A DNA stretch of 63,040 nt, counting the filler, from Reticulomyxa filosa (Eukaryota > Protista > Foraminifera): assembly GCA_000512085.1 (NCBI GenBank). It is 23 parts of 23 records of this genome, joined end to end, with 100 filler letters (N's around TTAATTAATTAA, not from the genome) between each part and the next. Parts side by side here need not be neighbours in the genome. Positions count along the whole stretch, not along the records: positions 46,905 to 53,196 come from ASPP01005125.1; positions 53,297 to 55,987 come from ASPP01033591.1; positions 56,088 to 58,484 come from ASPP01002709.1; positions 58,585 to 59,642 come from ASPP01043008.1; positions 59,743 to 63,040 come from ASPP01006971.1; 18 more parts are not named here. The stretch is one strand, 5' to 3'. The notes under the pieces are model-generated. The model was not told where the DNA came from, did no database searches, and worked only from the letters and a program-made list of their open reading frames with translations. How positions within the stretch are numbered: position 1 is the stretch's first letter; the number at the start of each line of letters is the position of its first letter. Shown here piece after piece: positions 51,286 to 63,040 of the stretch. The position numbers and the translations under genes were made by a program.

Positions 51286-53196
51286 TTAAACGGCAAAATA
51301 TCCGTGTGGGATGCACACTTTAAATGTCTTGACAATATTATTTCCGTTGTAAGGTGATTCATCATCACTGCTGCTAGAGCTACTGCTAGAGCTGCTCGAA
51401 CTGCTGCTATCTTCGTCCTGATAATGCATTTCAGGGATCAATTGTCGTTTCTCGGAATGGTTAACGACATCCCATCGACCCAGTGTGACAGATTGGTATT
51501 TCCACTCGGTAGTTCCAGTAGTATTGGCAGAAAACATGAATGTCAAATAGTAGCACTCCGAAGGATGAACGACAATGCATTTGGCTCCACTTTCATCACC
51601 ACTTCGCAAGACTACCTTTTCAAAATTGTCTCGTACATCAAAGGTCCAATTGACGGAATTGCTATTGTTCAGTTGGAGATTCAAGCTTAAGCAATCGCCT
51701 ATTTTAATTTGTTCATTTGTTTATTTTTTATATATACGTATTTCAAAGAGTTTTTTTCCCCCCCCTCCCCCCCTCCATCTTACATAAAATATAAATATTT
51801 GTATTAACTTGTTGTGCATTTACGCCATTCATTATAAGTTCCATGACAATCACAGTTGCAAATGCCATCCCCTGCGTTTACTTGAGATCTGTGTCCGTAT
51901 TAAAAAACAAAACAGACATAAAAAAAAAATATGGAGTCTTTTGTTTCCTGAGCTCTTTTTTTTTTTTTTAATTTAAAAAAAAAGAGGGATGTATAACTTG
52001 ACGCAGAATCTTTCTCTAATTTGGAATCCGCTACAAGTAATGCCTTCCATTGTGTTTGGTGTCAGTTGGCAATGATCTTCGTCAACGATACAAGTCGACC
52101 AGTGTTCCCATCGACTCCATAACGCCATGCAATCGTCAGTTCGGTCGCATTCTTGGTAATCCACGTTGACTCCTTCGCAAGCGCAGCCTCCACATTGTGG
52201 TGTTGGACTGTCACACTCGCGATTTCGATAACGGATGTTTTTCGTTCCATCTCCAGATTCAATTGGACGACAGCTTGTCCAGTTACCCCATGGGCCCCAT
52301 CCACCATCTACTCTTGTGCATCCTGTTGTTGTTGTTGGCACTGCAGTTGGCCTTCTTGTTGGCGCCATTGCTGTTGTAGTTGTAGTTGGCTCCAGAGTTG
52401 GGTCAGTTGGATCAATTGGCTGCGATGTTGGCTCCAAAGTTGGTCCTTTGGTCGTGGCGGTAGTTGGATGATACGTAAAAGTCGGTACATTCGTTGGGAA
52501 GTTGGTTGGACCACGAGACAAGGTCGGAGTTAATGTTGGACTCAAGGTCGGTCTGCTTGTCGGGTTTGTAATTGGAGTGAGTGTTGGTTTAATGGTTGGG
52601 TTCGACGTTGGACCTGTGGTTGGTGTAATAGTTGGTGATTTAGTTGTGGTTGGTATTGTAGTTGATGTAGTAGTTGGTATTGTAGTTGATGTAGTGGTGG
52701 TTGGTCTTGAAGTTGGTCTCTTTGTAGGCTTTGAAGTGGTTGGGTGTCGAGTGGTAGGCGAGCGACTTGGGACAAAGAAGTTAGCGTAGTCAACAGGACT
52801 CAATGTTGGTACTGAAGTCGGTTTTTCAGTGGTATAGGTTGGTTCATAAGTCGATTGGATAGGTCTCGCAGTTGGATATCTGGAAGGAACAGAAGTTGGC
52901 TGTTGCGTCGGTGAGCGATTTGGAGTGCTAATCGGAATTGGAGTTGGCGATCTGCTGGGTAACGAGGTCGGATATTGCACGGGCGACAAAGACGGAGAGG
53001 CGGTTGTTATTGGCGCCAGTGTCGGGGTACGTGTAGGTCGTCGAGTGGGTCCAGCACTTGGTTGCACTGTTGGTTCCGCTGTGGGTTGGGTTGTTGGTTG
53101 GACTGTTGGTTGCCATGTTGGTTGACTTGTGGGTTGTGTTGTCGGTTGGACTGTTGGTTGCCATGTTGGTTGATTCGTCGGCTGATTCGTTGGTTG
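51286..53196 (-). CDS. Mucin-like Pro/Thr-rich protein with two thrombospondin type-1 repeats, 5'-partial
   Basis: Long PT-repeat stalk; VDGGWGPWGNWTSC..RYRNRECDSPTPQCGGCACEG..QEC; WSRWEHWSTC..GFQIRERFC continued by exon ..CNCDCHGTYNEWRKC; last exon 51286..~51698. Confidence 0.85.
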
Positions 53197-53499
53197 NNNN
53201 NNNNNNNNNNNNNNNNNNNNNNNNNNNNNNNNNNNNNNNNTTAATTAATTAANNNNNNNNNNNNNNNNNNNNNNNNNNNNNNNNNNNNNNNNNNNNGTAT
53301 CTTTCATAGTTTTTGAAAAAATTCAACAATTAAAATTTAATTTTGAAATTTTATTCGATATAAAGTTTTTTCAATTTTTATTTATGTATTGATTTCTTTT
53401 TGTTTTAATTTTTTTTGGTATTTGTCATTTTTAGATTCTTTGAATGTGACAAATCGATCGTGAAGTGTAATTAATTTATTAAACTTTTTTTGAGATGTA

Positions 53500-53760
53500 A
53501 TGTTTACACAAGTATATATTCATCTGCTTCAACGCTCAATTGATTTGTTATATTCGAATATTATTCTGTTCCACCAGTATCAAATATCCCCAATAATACT
53601 GGTATTCCATCTTACAAAGTACTTTTCGAAAGCTGTCCCCTACAGTTGGCTCGAAATCTGGTACCCAGTTTTCACAAAGTACTGAACTAGTATTGCAGTT
53701 TTGCCAACATGAGCATCTCCCAATAACGCTAACTTGTATATAGGAACTGTCAGTTTTAGT
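53500..53760 (-). pseudogene. Ras-family small GTPase pseudogene
   Basis: YKLALLGDAHVGKTAILVQY / frameshift / PDFEPTVGDSFRK / frameshift / PVLLGIFDTGGTE*Y. Confidence 0.8.
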
Positions 53761-53899
53761 TATTTTTATTTTTTCCCTTTTTGTGGTTCGTTTTTTAAGA
53801 CGTGAAACTTAATTTTTTTTGTTCATGGATGGAATTTCATCATTTAATGGTGGTAGATATTTATGTTATGGTTCAACTAAGGGTTTACTTCGTGTTTGG

Positions 53900-54300
53900 G
53901 GATAAAAATTTATTTCATTTTTTTTTCTAACGAAGAAGAAGATAAGATATATTTTCTCAATATTATTTCTTGGCCTTTTTCATCTCCTTTAATTACATTT
54001 GATCGAATATCCCGACATCGAATTGTATTATCACATCATCCAGAACATGTCACATTTGAATTACCCCTACTATTCTTTATTATAAATTTTGAATATTCAA
54101 CAGCACACCCCATGTGCAAATGGTATTACCAAATGATCCAGAACAAATTTTATATCCACTATCATCAATCACACCAATATCATTACTTTTATTATTACTA
54201 TTTTGTAATGATGAAAAATTCACACACCAAACACGATCTTCATGTCCATCAGAAACATATAATAATTTAGATGTTTATTGAATTCGAATATTAAAAAACA
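53900..54300 (-). pseudogene. Degenerate WD40-family pseudogene
   Basis: Remnant IGVIDDSGYKICSGSFGNTI, similar to the relic at 46195; many stops. Confidence 0.55.
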
Positions 54301-54519
54301 TATTGATATAATATTTTTACAAAATACTAAATGATTTTTTGATGAATTTCAGTCATTTTTTTTTAATTGATTAACACACATACAATATTTTTATTCTTTT
54401 GAAGCAAAAAAAAGGAGTCTATCAATTCCTTTGGAGCAAATAATAAACAAATGATCAAACTCTTTGACAATTTTCAAAAAACAAAATAAAATGTATTAAG
54501 TAAACGATTTTGAGAATTT

Positions 54520-55963
54520 GGTTCTGTATGCTAACATACTCGTTTTCATTTGTATCTCTTGCTTGTTCTACTCTTTCAAAGAACTTTATAATTCTAGTTT
54601 ACATCCTCTCGACATTGTTTGATCTCTTCCCCAAGTATTTCTTCCATATGTTTGGGTAAAGAATTCAACACTGATTTACACACTCGGAAACTCGTCTCAA
54701 GTTCTTTTGGATTTAAGTTTTTCGCTTGTTTACGAATCTCCATCAATTGATCTCGAACTTTCTGTGTAATGTCTTCTTCAATTGCATCCCATGATTCTTT
54801 GTAATTATTCTTGGAAAAAAGTGTTCATCACTTTACTTAATTTGACATATAATTCCTTGGGTGGATTGGGAGCATATGGATTAAAACATGATTCCTTCAG
54901 ATTAATTTGTTTATATTTGTAGACAACATTTTTTAATACGTTTTGCAATTGTGTCTCCAATTCGTCGATATTATTAGCAACTTTGCCAATTTCTTCTTTG
55001 TTATCATCCAAAAGAAATTTGTTCAAAATAACTTCCTAAAATGCAATTGAATTTCCGAAGTAGTTTGATATTCTCCTCCGCCTCTAAAAAATTGCAGGAA
55101 TTGACGGTAACCTTCACAGTCTTCACCGCTTCGAGTATTCGTTTTTCAATCAATGATTTTGTTTCACGCTCCATCTTTTCGATTTCTTTTTTTGTATTAT
55201 TCTCTATGTATTCAAACACAAAATTTTTGGCTTCTTCAATCCATCTCAATTGCTCTTCCAACTTGATCACATTTTCTAAATTCATATCATTGCCTCTTAG
55301 CATCATCACATTGTTGATCAATCCTTTCAGCGAGCGTGACAGAGAGTTTTGGAGCTTTTCAAATACTCTTTCCGCTTGTACATCTCCATCTCTATACTGG
55401 TTGATTTTGAACATTTCTGCATCAACATCAGTGTAGCGATGCTCTTCTATGGCTTTAAGCACTTTGCTGGCGTCGATAACATAATTAAATAGAGCCTCTT
55501 GATGCTTCAAAAATAAATCACGAAATTTACAATTGGGCTTGGTATAATCATCCAACATACTCAATGCCTTGGTTGCAGATATTCTATTATTTAATGCCCG
55601 AAAATTGCTCTGTCTTGCACATTTCGTCATTTCACCGGATAAATTTAACCAGGTTTTTTCAAGTTTGCTGGGAAATTGTTCCATCATGTCTTGTGGAAAA
55701 AATGCAAATATCACAGGATGATTCTTTTCTAATTTATTTATCTCATACAGTCGATTCACAATCACCTCCACTTTTTCCTTAAACTCATTCGTGTCTGACG
55801 AGATTTCCGTATAATCCAACGATCGGAGTTGATTTTGAACAAATTCGCCGTAACATTGCAAATAGCGTTCCATCAAACGTAATGTCGCAACAAGATCTTG
55901 TCTCAATGTACTTTGATTTTTCTCTCCGCTTTGATTTCTCTCACTTTGATCGTTGACTGTCAC
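54520..55963 (-). CDS. Alpha-helical repeat protein fragment with two frameshifts
   Basis: A 319-aa amphipathic helical ORF continues in shifted frames near 55015 and 54815. Confidence 0.55.
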
Positions 55964-56087
55964 AATGTCTGTAAAAGAAAAAGTAGTNNNNNNNNNNNNN
56001 NNNNNNNNNNNNNNNNNNNNNNNNNNNNNNNTTAATTAATTAANNNNNNNNNNNNNNNNNNNNNNNNNNNNNNNNNNNNNNNNNNNN

Positions 56088-56401
56088 CTTTTATATTTCA
56101 TTGAAAATGTTTGTTTCATTTTATTTTTACCTTGTCCTCCAAATGATAATAAATGAATTTCATTGGAATTAGTTTGTGAATGAATCAATTGTACAACACA
56201 ATGTCCAAGTAATTCAACATCATTAGGATAAGAGCAGATGTATTTATATTGTTTTTTCAGAGTATGATAGGAATAACAGTCGTTAGTTTGAAGGCCTCCA
56301 CAAATAAGGAGTTCATTCTTGAGCAAAAGACATTGTGAATTTGTGAATGGCTTGGGTAATTCAGACAAAGTTTGAAAGATGTTATTGAGTTGAGTAGACA
56401 T
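56088..56401 (-). CDS. Kelch-like repeat protein, 3'-partial
   Basis: FQTLSELPKPFTNSQC..ELLICGG..CYSYH..YKYICSYP..GHCVV..LLSFGG. Confidence 0.75.
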
Positions 56402-57252
56402 GTCAGATGTACTTTTTTTTTTGAAGTGTTCTGACAACCCCTTTTTTTAGAGTGAATATTTGGATACGAAAAATTGACAATCCACTTGGAAATGATGGAA
56501 TGTTTTTATTTTCAACAAATAATCATAATTTTGAAATTGTTTTAATTTATTTCTTCAAATCTTGTTTCATTAGGTTAATAATGATTTGCAGATTTATTGG
56601 CTATTCCATCGCAAAAAATTTTTATTTACTGTTTTTCATAAGCTTAAATTACAAATGATTTTTAGTGAAAGAATAAATGTATTAATAGAAAAACAAAAGC
56701 AAAAAAATGAGTAAATATGGTCTTTTTAAGCTTGAGTTATAATTTCTATATGTATTACTTTGTTCATTTATTAGACAGTTGTTTTTATTGTAAAAGTGTG
56801 ATTAAAAATGTGTTTTATGGAACTTGTTCTGAGTTGATCAACTTTTAAGACAGCTCAGATTTGTTGATTTTCACACGACAAAAAAATAAAAAAATTGACA
56901 GTTTAGCATTGTACATGCACATAATAATGTATTCTAAATTAATTCCTCTGAAAAAAAGGATTTACAAAAAAACTGGAGTGTAATATAAAATTTTTTTTAT
57001 GTTTGAAGAACCAAAGAAATTCTACTTTAACTCTTTATTTTATAACAAATAGATCTTAAAAAAAAATTGATGAAATTATTTGGGTTTGTTGCATCACAAC
57101 CTTAATTTTAATTTAGACTTTCATTTATCCTTTTAAAAATAATTTACAGCTCATTTTTAAAACAAAATTGCATCCCTTTTTTTTGAAGGTCATCCAAAGG
57201 GATCATCTCACCCCTTTTTTAAAGTTCTTCATAGTTCAGAAACATTAACAGC

Positions 57253-57530
57253 ATGAGTAATCAAAACAAAACTCTTTTCAAACTTGTCCCTTTCAAAGTT
57301 TGAAGGAATTGCACACTATATTTAAACAGTTCAATGTGTGCTATACAAACACGAATTCCTCGTTTGTGGAGGTTATTGTCAAAGGGTCTGTTATCCTTAT
57401 CATACTCTTGAAAATGAGTACAAGTTTACCTGTGAATATCCAAGCGATATTTATTTAGATGGACACTGTGTAATGAAGTTAGATAACAATAACAGCAAAG
57501 GAAAGCAATGAAATCACTTTGTGCCTTTTA
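57253..57530 (+). pseudogene. Frameshifted paralog of the adjacent Kelch-like gene
   Basis: PFQSLKEL.., then in another frame CYPYHTLENEYKFTCEYPSDIYLDGHCVMKL followed by a stop. Confidence 0.75.
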
Positions 57531-57899
57531 ATTGAGATACATATGATGTAAAATGGAAAATGATTGAGCTTTTTTTCTGTCAAGAACGACGAAGGAGGTT
57601 CAATATGCAAAATAGAGTTAATAATACATGTAATTTCTTTTCAATGAAGAAAAGGAATTTTTAAAAAAATTTTAATTTTTGTAGTTTTAAGAACGCCTGA
57701 AAACCAAAAAGGTGACTCATATCAAAATAAAAAGTGTAATTTAACAAGTTGTGTACTTTTTTGGACAAATATTCAAATCCTAAGTCACATGATTTTTTTT
57801 GTTGAATTAATGAATCCTTCGGTATATATGAAGGATATTGCAACAACAAAACATGTTTGGCATCAAAAACATATAAAAGAATAAATTTGAGAACTTAAA

Positions 57900-58484
57900 T
57901 AAACAAATTCATTCAAAGACAAACTGTAGAATACTGTATCATAAGCAGTCTAGTTTATTAAGCAGAGAATTCGACACATCGTAATTCTTTACGTAATTAA
58001 TATGCTTGAAATAAGTCGTGAGAATCAAGAAATAATTCAAGATACTTCACATCCATTCAGATTTGAATGCTGCAATGCCAATTGAATCTTTGGGAATTTC
58101 ATCTTATTCTGATGTCGAATGTGATGCAAAAAAAAAATAAAAAAATAAAATCAAAGCCCACTATCCAATCGTCAAAGACCAATTCAAATAAGTGGTCAAG
58201 TGAGATTTTGTGATTATAATTTCTAGTATCTTTATGTTCATCACTGGAGTGAGACATGAAGATCTGGAGTGTTATGTCGAAGAGATTTGCATTCGTTATT
58301 ACGATCATTCAATAACATGACTGATACATCCAATGTATTTGGTTATAAATCGTGTTGGGTGGAAATCTCATATCTTGATCAAAAGAAACCATTATTATTC
58401 TGCAGTTTCTATCGAAATATGCAGTGTAATCACTTCAATATTCAAGCATTTGAACAAGAATTACAATCTGCTATGAAAATGACT
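57900..58484 (+). mobile_element. Possible LINE APE-endonuclease fragment
   Basis: SCWVEISYLDQKKPLLFCSFYRN resembles the 'I.SIYRPP' strand of retroelement endonucleases; upstream sequence is disrupted. Confidence 0.4.
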
Positions 58485-58654
58485 NNNNNNNNNNNNNNNN
58501 NNNNNNNNNNNNNNNNNNNNNNNNNNNNTTAATTAATTAANNNNNNNNNNNNNNNNNNNNNNNNNNNNNNNNNNNNNNNNNNNNGGGAAATACTATATAC
58601 ATATATTAAAAAAATTTTTTGTGTTTCTAGCCTCCCCTTCGCTCCCTCTTTCAC

Positions 58655-59597
58655 TCAATCATTTAAAATGCGCATGTAATCGACACAAACCATTCTTGCT
58701 TTTTTTTCTTTACTCTTTGTTGCGACTTGGTCGATCATTTTTTTCATAAAATCGACGGCTTCCAACAGACTGTCTCCCGAGTTTTGGTCTTCATTTATAA
58801 TTGCGGTGTACAGGTCCGCTAATAATTGCAGGTACGTAGGCAGCCTTTTGATCGGCTCTTCCAAATACGATTGCAATGACCGTCCGCACAACTCTTCACT
58901 CACCTCCAAAAAATCCATAAATTTTTTATTCTTTTTTTTCGCCACTTCCAAATTCGCAACTCCCTGCTTCACATTGTCAATATAATCGCTATACAGTTTC
59001 AAAAAGTGGCCAAACTTTTTCATCTCTCCTTCTATCCCATCGCGAATGGCTGGAATTCCACCTTTTATTCCTTTTATTTATTTTTTGTTTCAAAAATTAT
59101 ACGTCATCAGACATACATTTTTTTTAAGGGAAGAAAAAAAAAAAAACATCCACTCAGCAAAGTCTTGCTCCGCCCCCCCCTTTTTTTTAAAGATTGATTT
59201 TTTTATTACCTAGTTTGATCAAGTCGTCCAAGAAAGATTGATTTGCATCCCCAATCGTTTGAAAACCCCCAAATATTCCAATAATCTCTTTTTCAGTTAG
59301 GATGGGCTTGCTTCTTTTCGCTATAATTGCCAGTCGGTGCTGAAAGTGGTGGTAACCGTTCTTCAGGTTTTCCACATATCGCCTTTCACTATCATAAAAT
59401 GCAAAGATGGCTTCTTCTGTCGTCAATATTTTCTCCACGGACTTTTCTGTAGAAGAGCCATTTCTTTGTTCTGGCTCAACGCTATTGCTATGTTCGGTTT
59501 TTTCTTCACTAAATTGTGATGTATCTGTCCTAGTCACTGTTTTCTTTAGGGCATGAGGAGGGGGAGGAGGGCCTGGAGGACCGGGATAATCTGACAT
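58655..59597 (-). CDS. Dbl-homology (RhoGEF) domain protein
   Basis: AIFAFYDSERRYVENLK; EIIGIFGG; FLKLYSDYIDN; LQSYLEEPIKRLPTYLQLLADL; N-terminal polyproline; intron ~59209..59063. Confidence 0.9.
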
Positions 59598-59742
59598 TTG
59601 CAAAAGGAGGAGAACGCTCTTCCGCCTTTCTTTTCCTTCAAANNNNNNNNNNNNNNNNNNNNNNNNNNNNNNNNNNNNNNNNNNNNTTAATTAATTAANN
59701 NNNNNNNNNNNNNNNNNNNNNNNNNNNNNNNNNNNNNNNNNN

Positions 59743-60240
59743 GTTTTACTTTTGTTACTATTATTCTTCTCATTACTCTTGCTATTGCTATTGCTATTGC
59801 TATTGCTATTGCTACTGCTATTGCTGCTACTTTTGCTACTATTATTACTTTCAAGTGTCATTGATCTTGACAGCGGTTGGTCTGTCACTGCCACTGCACT
59901 CATGTTGCTTTCCGCTGTTTCTTTTTTGCGCATCACGTCTTTGATCCACACCAAGATCTGCTTGTGCAAACGCATGCATGACCGCACATCACTTTGCGAC
60001 GACAGCGATACTAGAAACACAATGTCGCCGTCGTAGTCGTACCGAATTGCCACCCCTTTTTGCAACGATCCTCCCATAAACGCGCCGTACACATGGCGGA
60101 ATGGACAGCTACCTCCTTGTGCTTTGCTCTCTTCCAACAGCTCCTTCACAAACTCATTCGCTCGATCATACGCTCGCACTCGCTCGCTTTCTGTTAATGG
60201 CAGTTCTTTTATCATTTTCGCCAATTGCTTTTCTCTCCTT

Positions 60241-60277
<37 letters not shown>

Positions 60278-60498
60278 ACGTAATATATATACATACATAA
60301 GTATTTATGTGTGTGTGTATATGTATATATTTATGTATATGTATATCTGTTTTTTTCTTCCTCCCTCTAAATAAACTTTTTTTTTCCCCCTTCACTCCAA
60401 ATCACATTTGCAATACCTTTGCCCTTTTTTGGCTTAAATTCCGTTGTACACATAAAACATTGCTGGTTTACTAATAGCATGGCTGAACATCTATCACA
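59743..60498 (-). CDS. 2'-5' oligoadenylate synthetase-like (OAS/cGAS/CD-NTase superfamily) nucleotidyltransferase with upstream C4 zinc-finger exon, partial
   Basis: Spine helix followed by AFMGGSLQKGVAIRYDYDGDIVFLVS (GGS at 60074..60066, DGD at 60032..60024). Exon 60498..60417 (CDRC-x9-CFMC) splices in phase to 60241. Confidence 0.75.
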
Positions 60499-61053
60499 CT
60501 TTTTTTTTTTTTTTTAATTCATTCACCATCACCCCACCCCCCTCTCCTCTGTTATTAATGACCTTTTATTGTTGGTACGTATATCAAAAAATATATTGAC
60601 AAATAGCGCTATGTATACGCATATACATGTATATATTTATTTATACATGTATACAGTACACAGTCACAAAGCGCAAAAAAAAAAAACAGAGGACAAAACC
60701 AAACTATGGTAAACGTCGCAAATTTCAAATTCTCTCCTCGGAGATTGCCCCAACTTTTCTCTGAACTAGACCGTAACATTGTCTTTCAGATTTTGAAAAA
60801 TTTTAAGACGAAAAAAAAAAAAAGAACAAGCAAAAGTTTCAAAAAAGAAACAGAGAAAAGCCCCTTTCTCTCTTTAGAACAGGAAGAAAAAAATTTAAAA
60901 AGACAGAAAAACCTTGCAAATAAGGATTGGATTTTAAGATTTCTTTTAGGGAGAAAGAATTAAAAACAGAGCGTATTCTGATAACAAAAGAACAGTTCCA
61001 AAAAAAACAAAACAAAAAAACAACTCTTTGGACTGGATTAATTATCAGTCTAA

Positions 61054-61864
61054 ATTGTATCTCTTTTGTTGCCATTGGGGGCAATGACAACGACACCACA
61101 AGTGAAAAAAGCCACAAAAGAAACTAATGCAGATGTGGATGATTTAGATGCATTAATCCGCGAAACACAAAGCGTGTGGAAAACACTGGCAAGCTCTGGA
61201 ATAGAGTCAGTCGACAAGGATGTTGACTCTGGTATTTTGAAGCCCTCTAAGAGACAACATGCAAGTGACACCTTGTTGTCACATAAATAAAAAGATTTAT
61301 ATTTATATTTCTGATGTAAATAAGTTGTAAAGCATCTGCACAATATTTGATAACTGTTTTTTATTTATTTATTTTATGTGCATGTGGGACAATTGCAGTG
61401 ATGTCACACCCTCAAATCTCCACGCCCAGCATTGCGAAAGCAGCTTCAGCAGGACAGACGCAGTCGGATGGGTTGGATGAGTTACACAAACAAATGCCCG
61501 TGTGGACCCCGACAGAGCACAGTTTTCAAATCCAAACTCAAAAAAAAAAAAAAAAATCAAACATAAAATGTTGTAATGAATGGGTTTTATTTGATTTGAT
61601 TTGATTTGATTTGATTTGTATTGTATTGTATGACTGGACATTGGAGACTGTGTTTCACAGATGTCCGCGTTATCTTCTCCGTTCCGAAGCAAGCCCACGA
61701 CGAAGGACGTTTTTAGCGACGCGTCCGCGCTGGAACAATCCACCGAAGTGAAGCCCTTGTCACCTAATGTCGGCAAGCCCTCTTTATCCAATGACAACGA
61801 TATCAAACTCCACGATCAAGTTATCACTACCTTTTCATTTCTCAAACACAATACATACACATAT

Positions 61865-61908
<44 letters not shown>

Positions 61909-62968
61909 ATATGTATATATGTATTTGAATGGACAGCCTCAGGATGAACTGTCTTTATCCGACATTTTGAACAATACTGCCACTGAGTTGTCTGTCCGAC
62001 ATAAAAGCAAGTTTCAATGCGATTTCAACAGTGACAATGACGACGACGACGACGACGATAATGATGATGATGACGACGATGATGACAATGATGACAGTTT
62101 GAACATAAACACTCCAAATGACAACAAAAGTGAGAATAAGAAGAAAATGGATGATATGAAAAAAGAGAAGAAGAAGAAGGAGGAGGAAGACACGACTCGA
62201 GGGAACATGTCTGGTGTATCTCCGACAGCCACGCCTGCATTTGATGACAAAGCGAAATCGACGGCGGATTGGAACGGCAATGACAACAATGAACCATTGC
62301 AATGGAGTGATGACATCAAACAAAGTACCGTGGCCAAGCACAAATGGAAACAAATGGCGGATTGCAAACAAGCGCAATGGAGTGAAGTGAACCATCGCTT
62401 GGCACGCTGTGGTTTCGACACGATCACTGCACAAAGCAATGACGATCCGTTACATTCCATTGCAAATGAGCTTTTACTCCTTCAAGTTTTTTTTTCCCTC
62501 CCCCTTTTTAATATATACATATATATATATTTTTTTTTTGAATGAATGTAATAATCCACAGACACTCAGCAAAGTGCTACAAGACTATGAGAAGATGCAA
62601 GAGGAGACAAAGAAAACCAATCCTCCATTCATTTGTGGAAACACAAATACCAGACGCAAACGCAAGCAATGTCGGCTTTGACAGCCAAACTGGCTCTACA
62701 TCAGCCGGACTCCAAGTTTCAACCTGGTTTTTTTTTTAAATTATTATTAAATAAAACAAAACTTCTTTTTCTTACTCCTTGCAAACAATAATTAAAAAAA
62801 AGGAGTGGTACAACGGACGCAGAAAAAGACTCGATGACAAACAAAGCGTCGGCAAATGAAAAGTCAAAGAAATTGGAGAAGCAGTTATCACAAGCAAAGC
62901 AAGAGATTCAACGCAAGGAGCAAGAGATATCAGATCTCAAACAAAAATGGGAAGCCTATTTAAAAGAA
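61054..62968 (+). CDS. Multi-exon coiled-coil protein, weakly CEP70-like, partial
   Basis: Exon-like ORFs; QWSEVNHRLARCGFDTI followed by coiled-coil exons. Confidence 0.4.
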
Positions 62969-63007
62969 GTTTGTGAATGCAAAAAAAATAAAATATATAT
63001 ATATATG

Positions 63008-63040
<33 letters not shown>

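Noticed and set aside
3706-60498. A physically clustered 'defence island' (NACHT, GTPase, TRAF finger, WD40, OAS-like)
   Set aside because: The genes lie on different contigs joined artificially, so co-location is not evidence of linkage.

Overview
AT-rich eukaryotic DNA with short GT-AG introns. It is not one locus: 23 small contigs are joined by an artificial 100-nt linker (N44-TTAATTAATTAA-N44), so neighbourhood across linkers carries no information. A divergent alpha-tubulin and expanded WD40, Kelch, TRAF-finger and NACHT families suggest a foraminiferan, probably Reticulomyxa-like (inference). Recognisable genes, mostly partial: adenylate kinase, NACHT NTPase, TRAF/RING-finger protein, FHA-RING E3 ligase, GT31 galactosyltransferase, a large P-loop GTPase, two WD40 proteins, VPS13-like, F-box protein, alpha-tubulin, a VTC2/GDPGP1-family phosphorylase, DMXL/Rav1, amidase, SUMF1, a mucin-TSP1 protein, Kelch protein, RhoGEF, and an OAS-like nucleotidyltransferase preceded by a C4 zinc-finger exon. 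Also present: decayed Ty3/gypsy and LINE elements, four ends of a TA-flanked Tc1/mariner-like element, several pseudogenes and a 77-bp-arm inverted repeat. The best candidates for something new are the zinc finger-OAS-like enzyme, the GTPase with a duplicated N-terminal domain, the inverted repeat and A-rich 3' splice sites. All calls come from motif recognition by eye; no database searches were run, and exon boundaries marked ~ are approximate.
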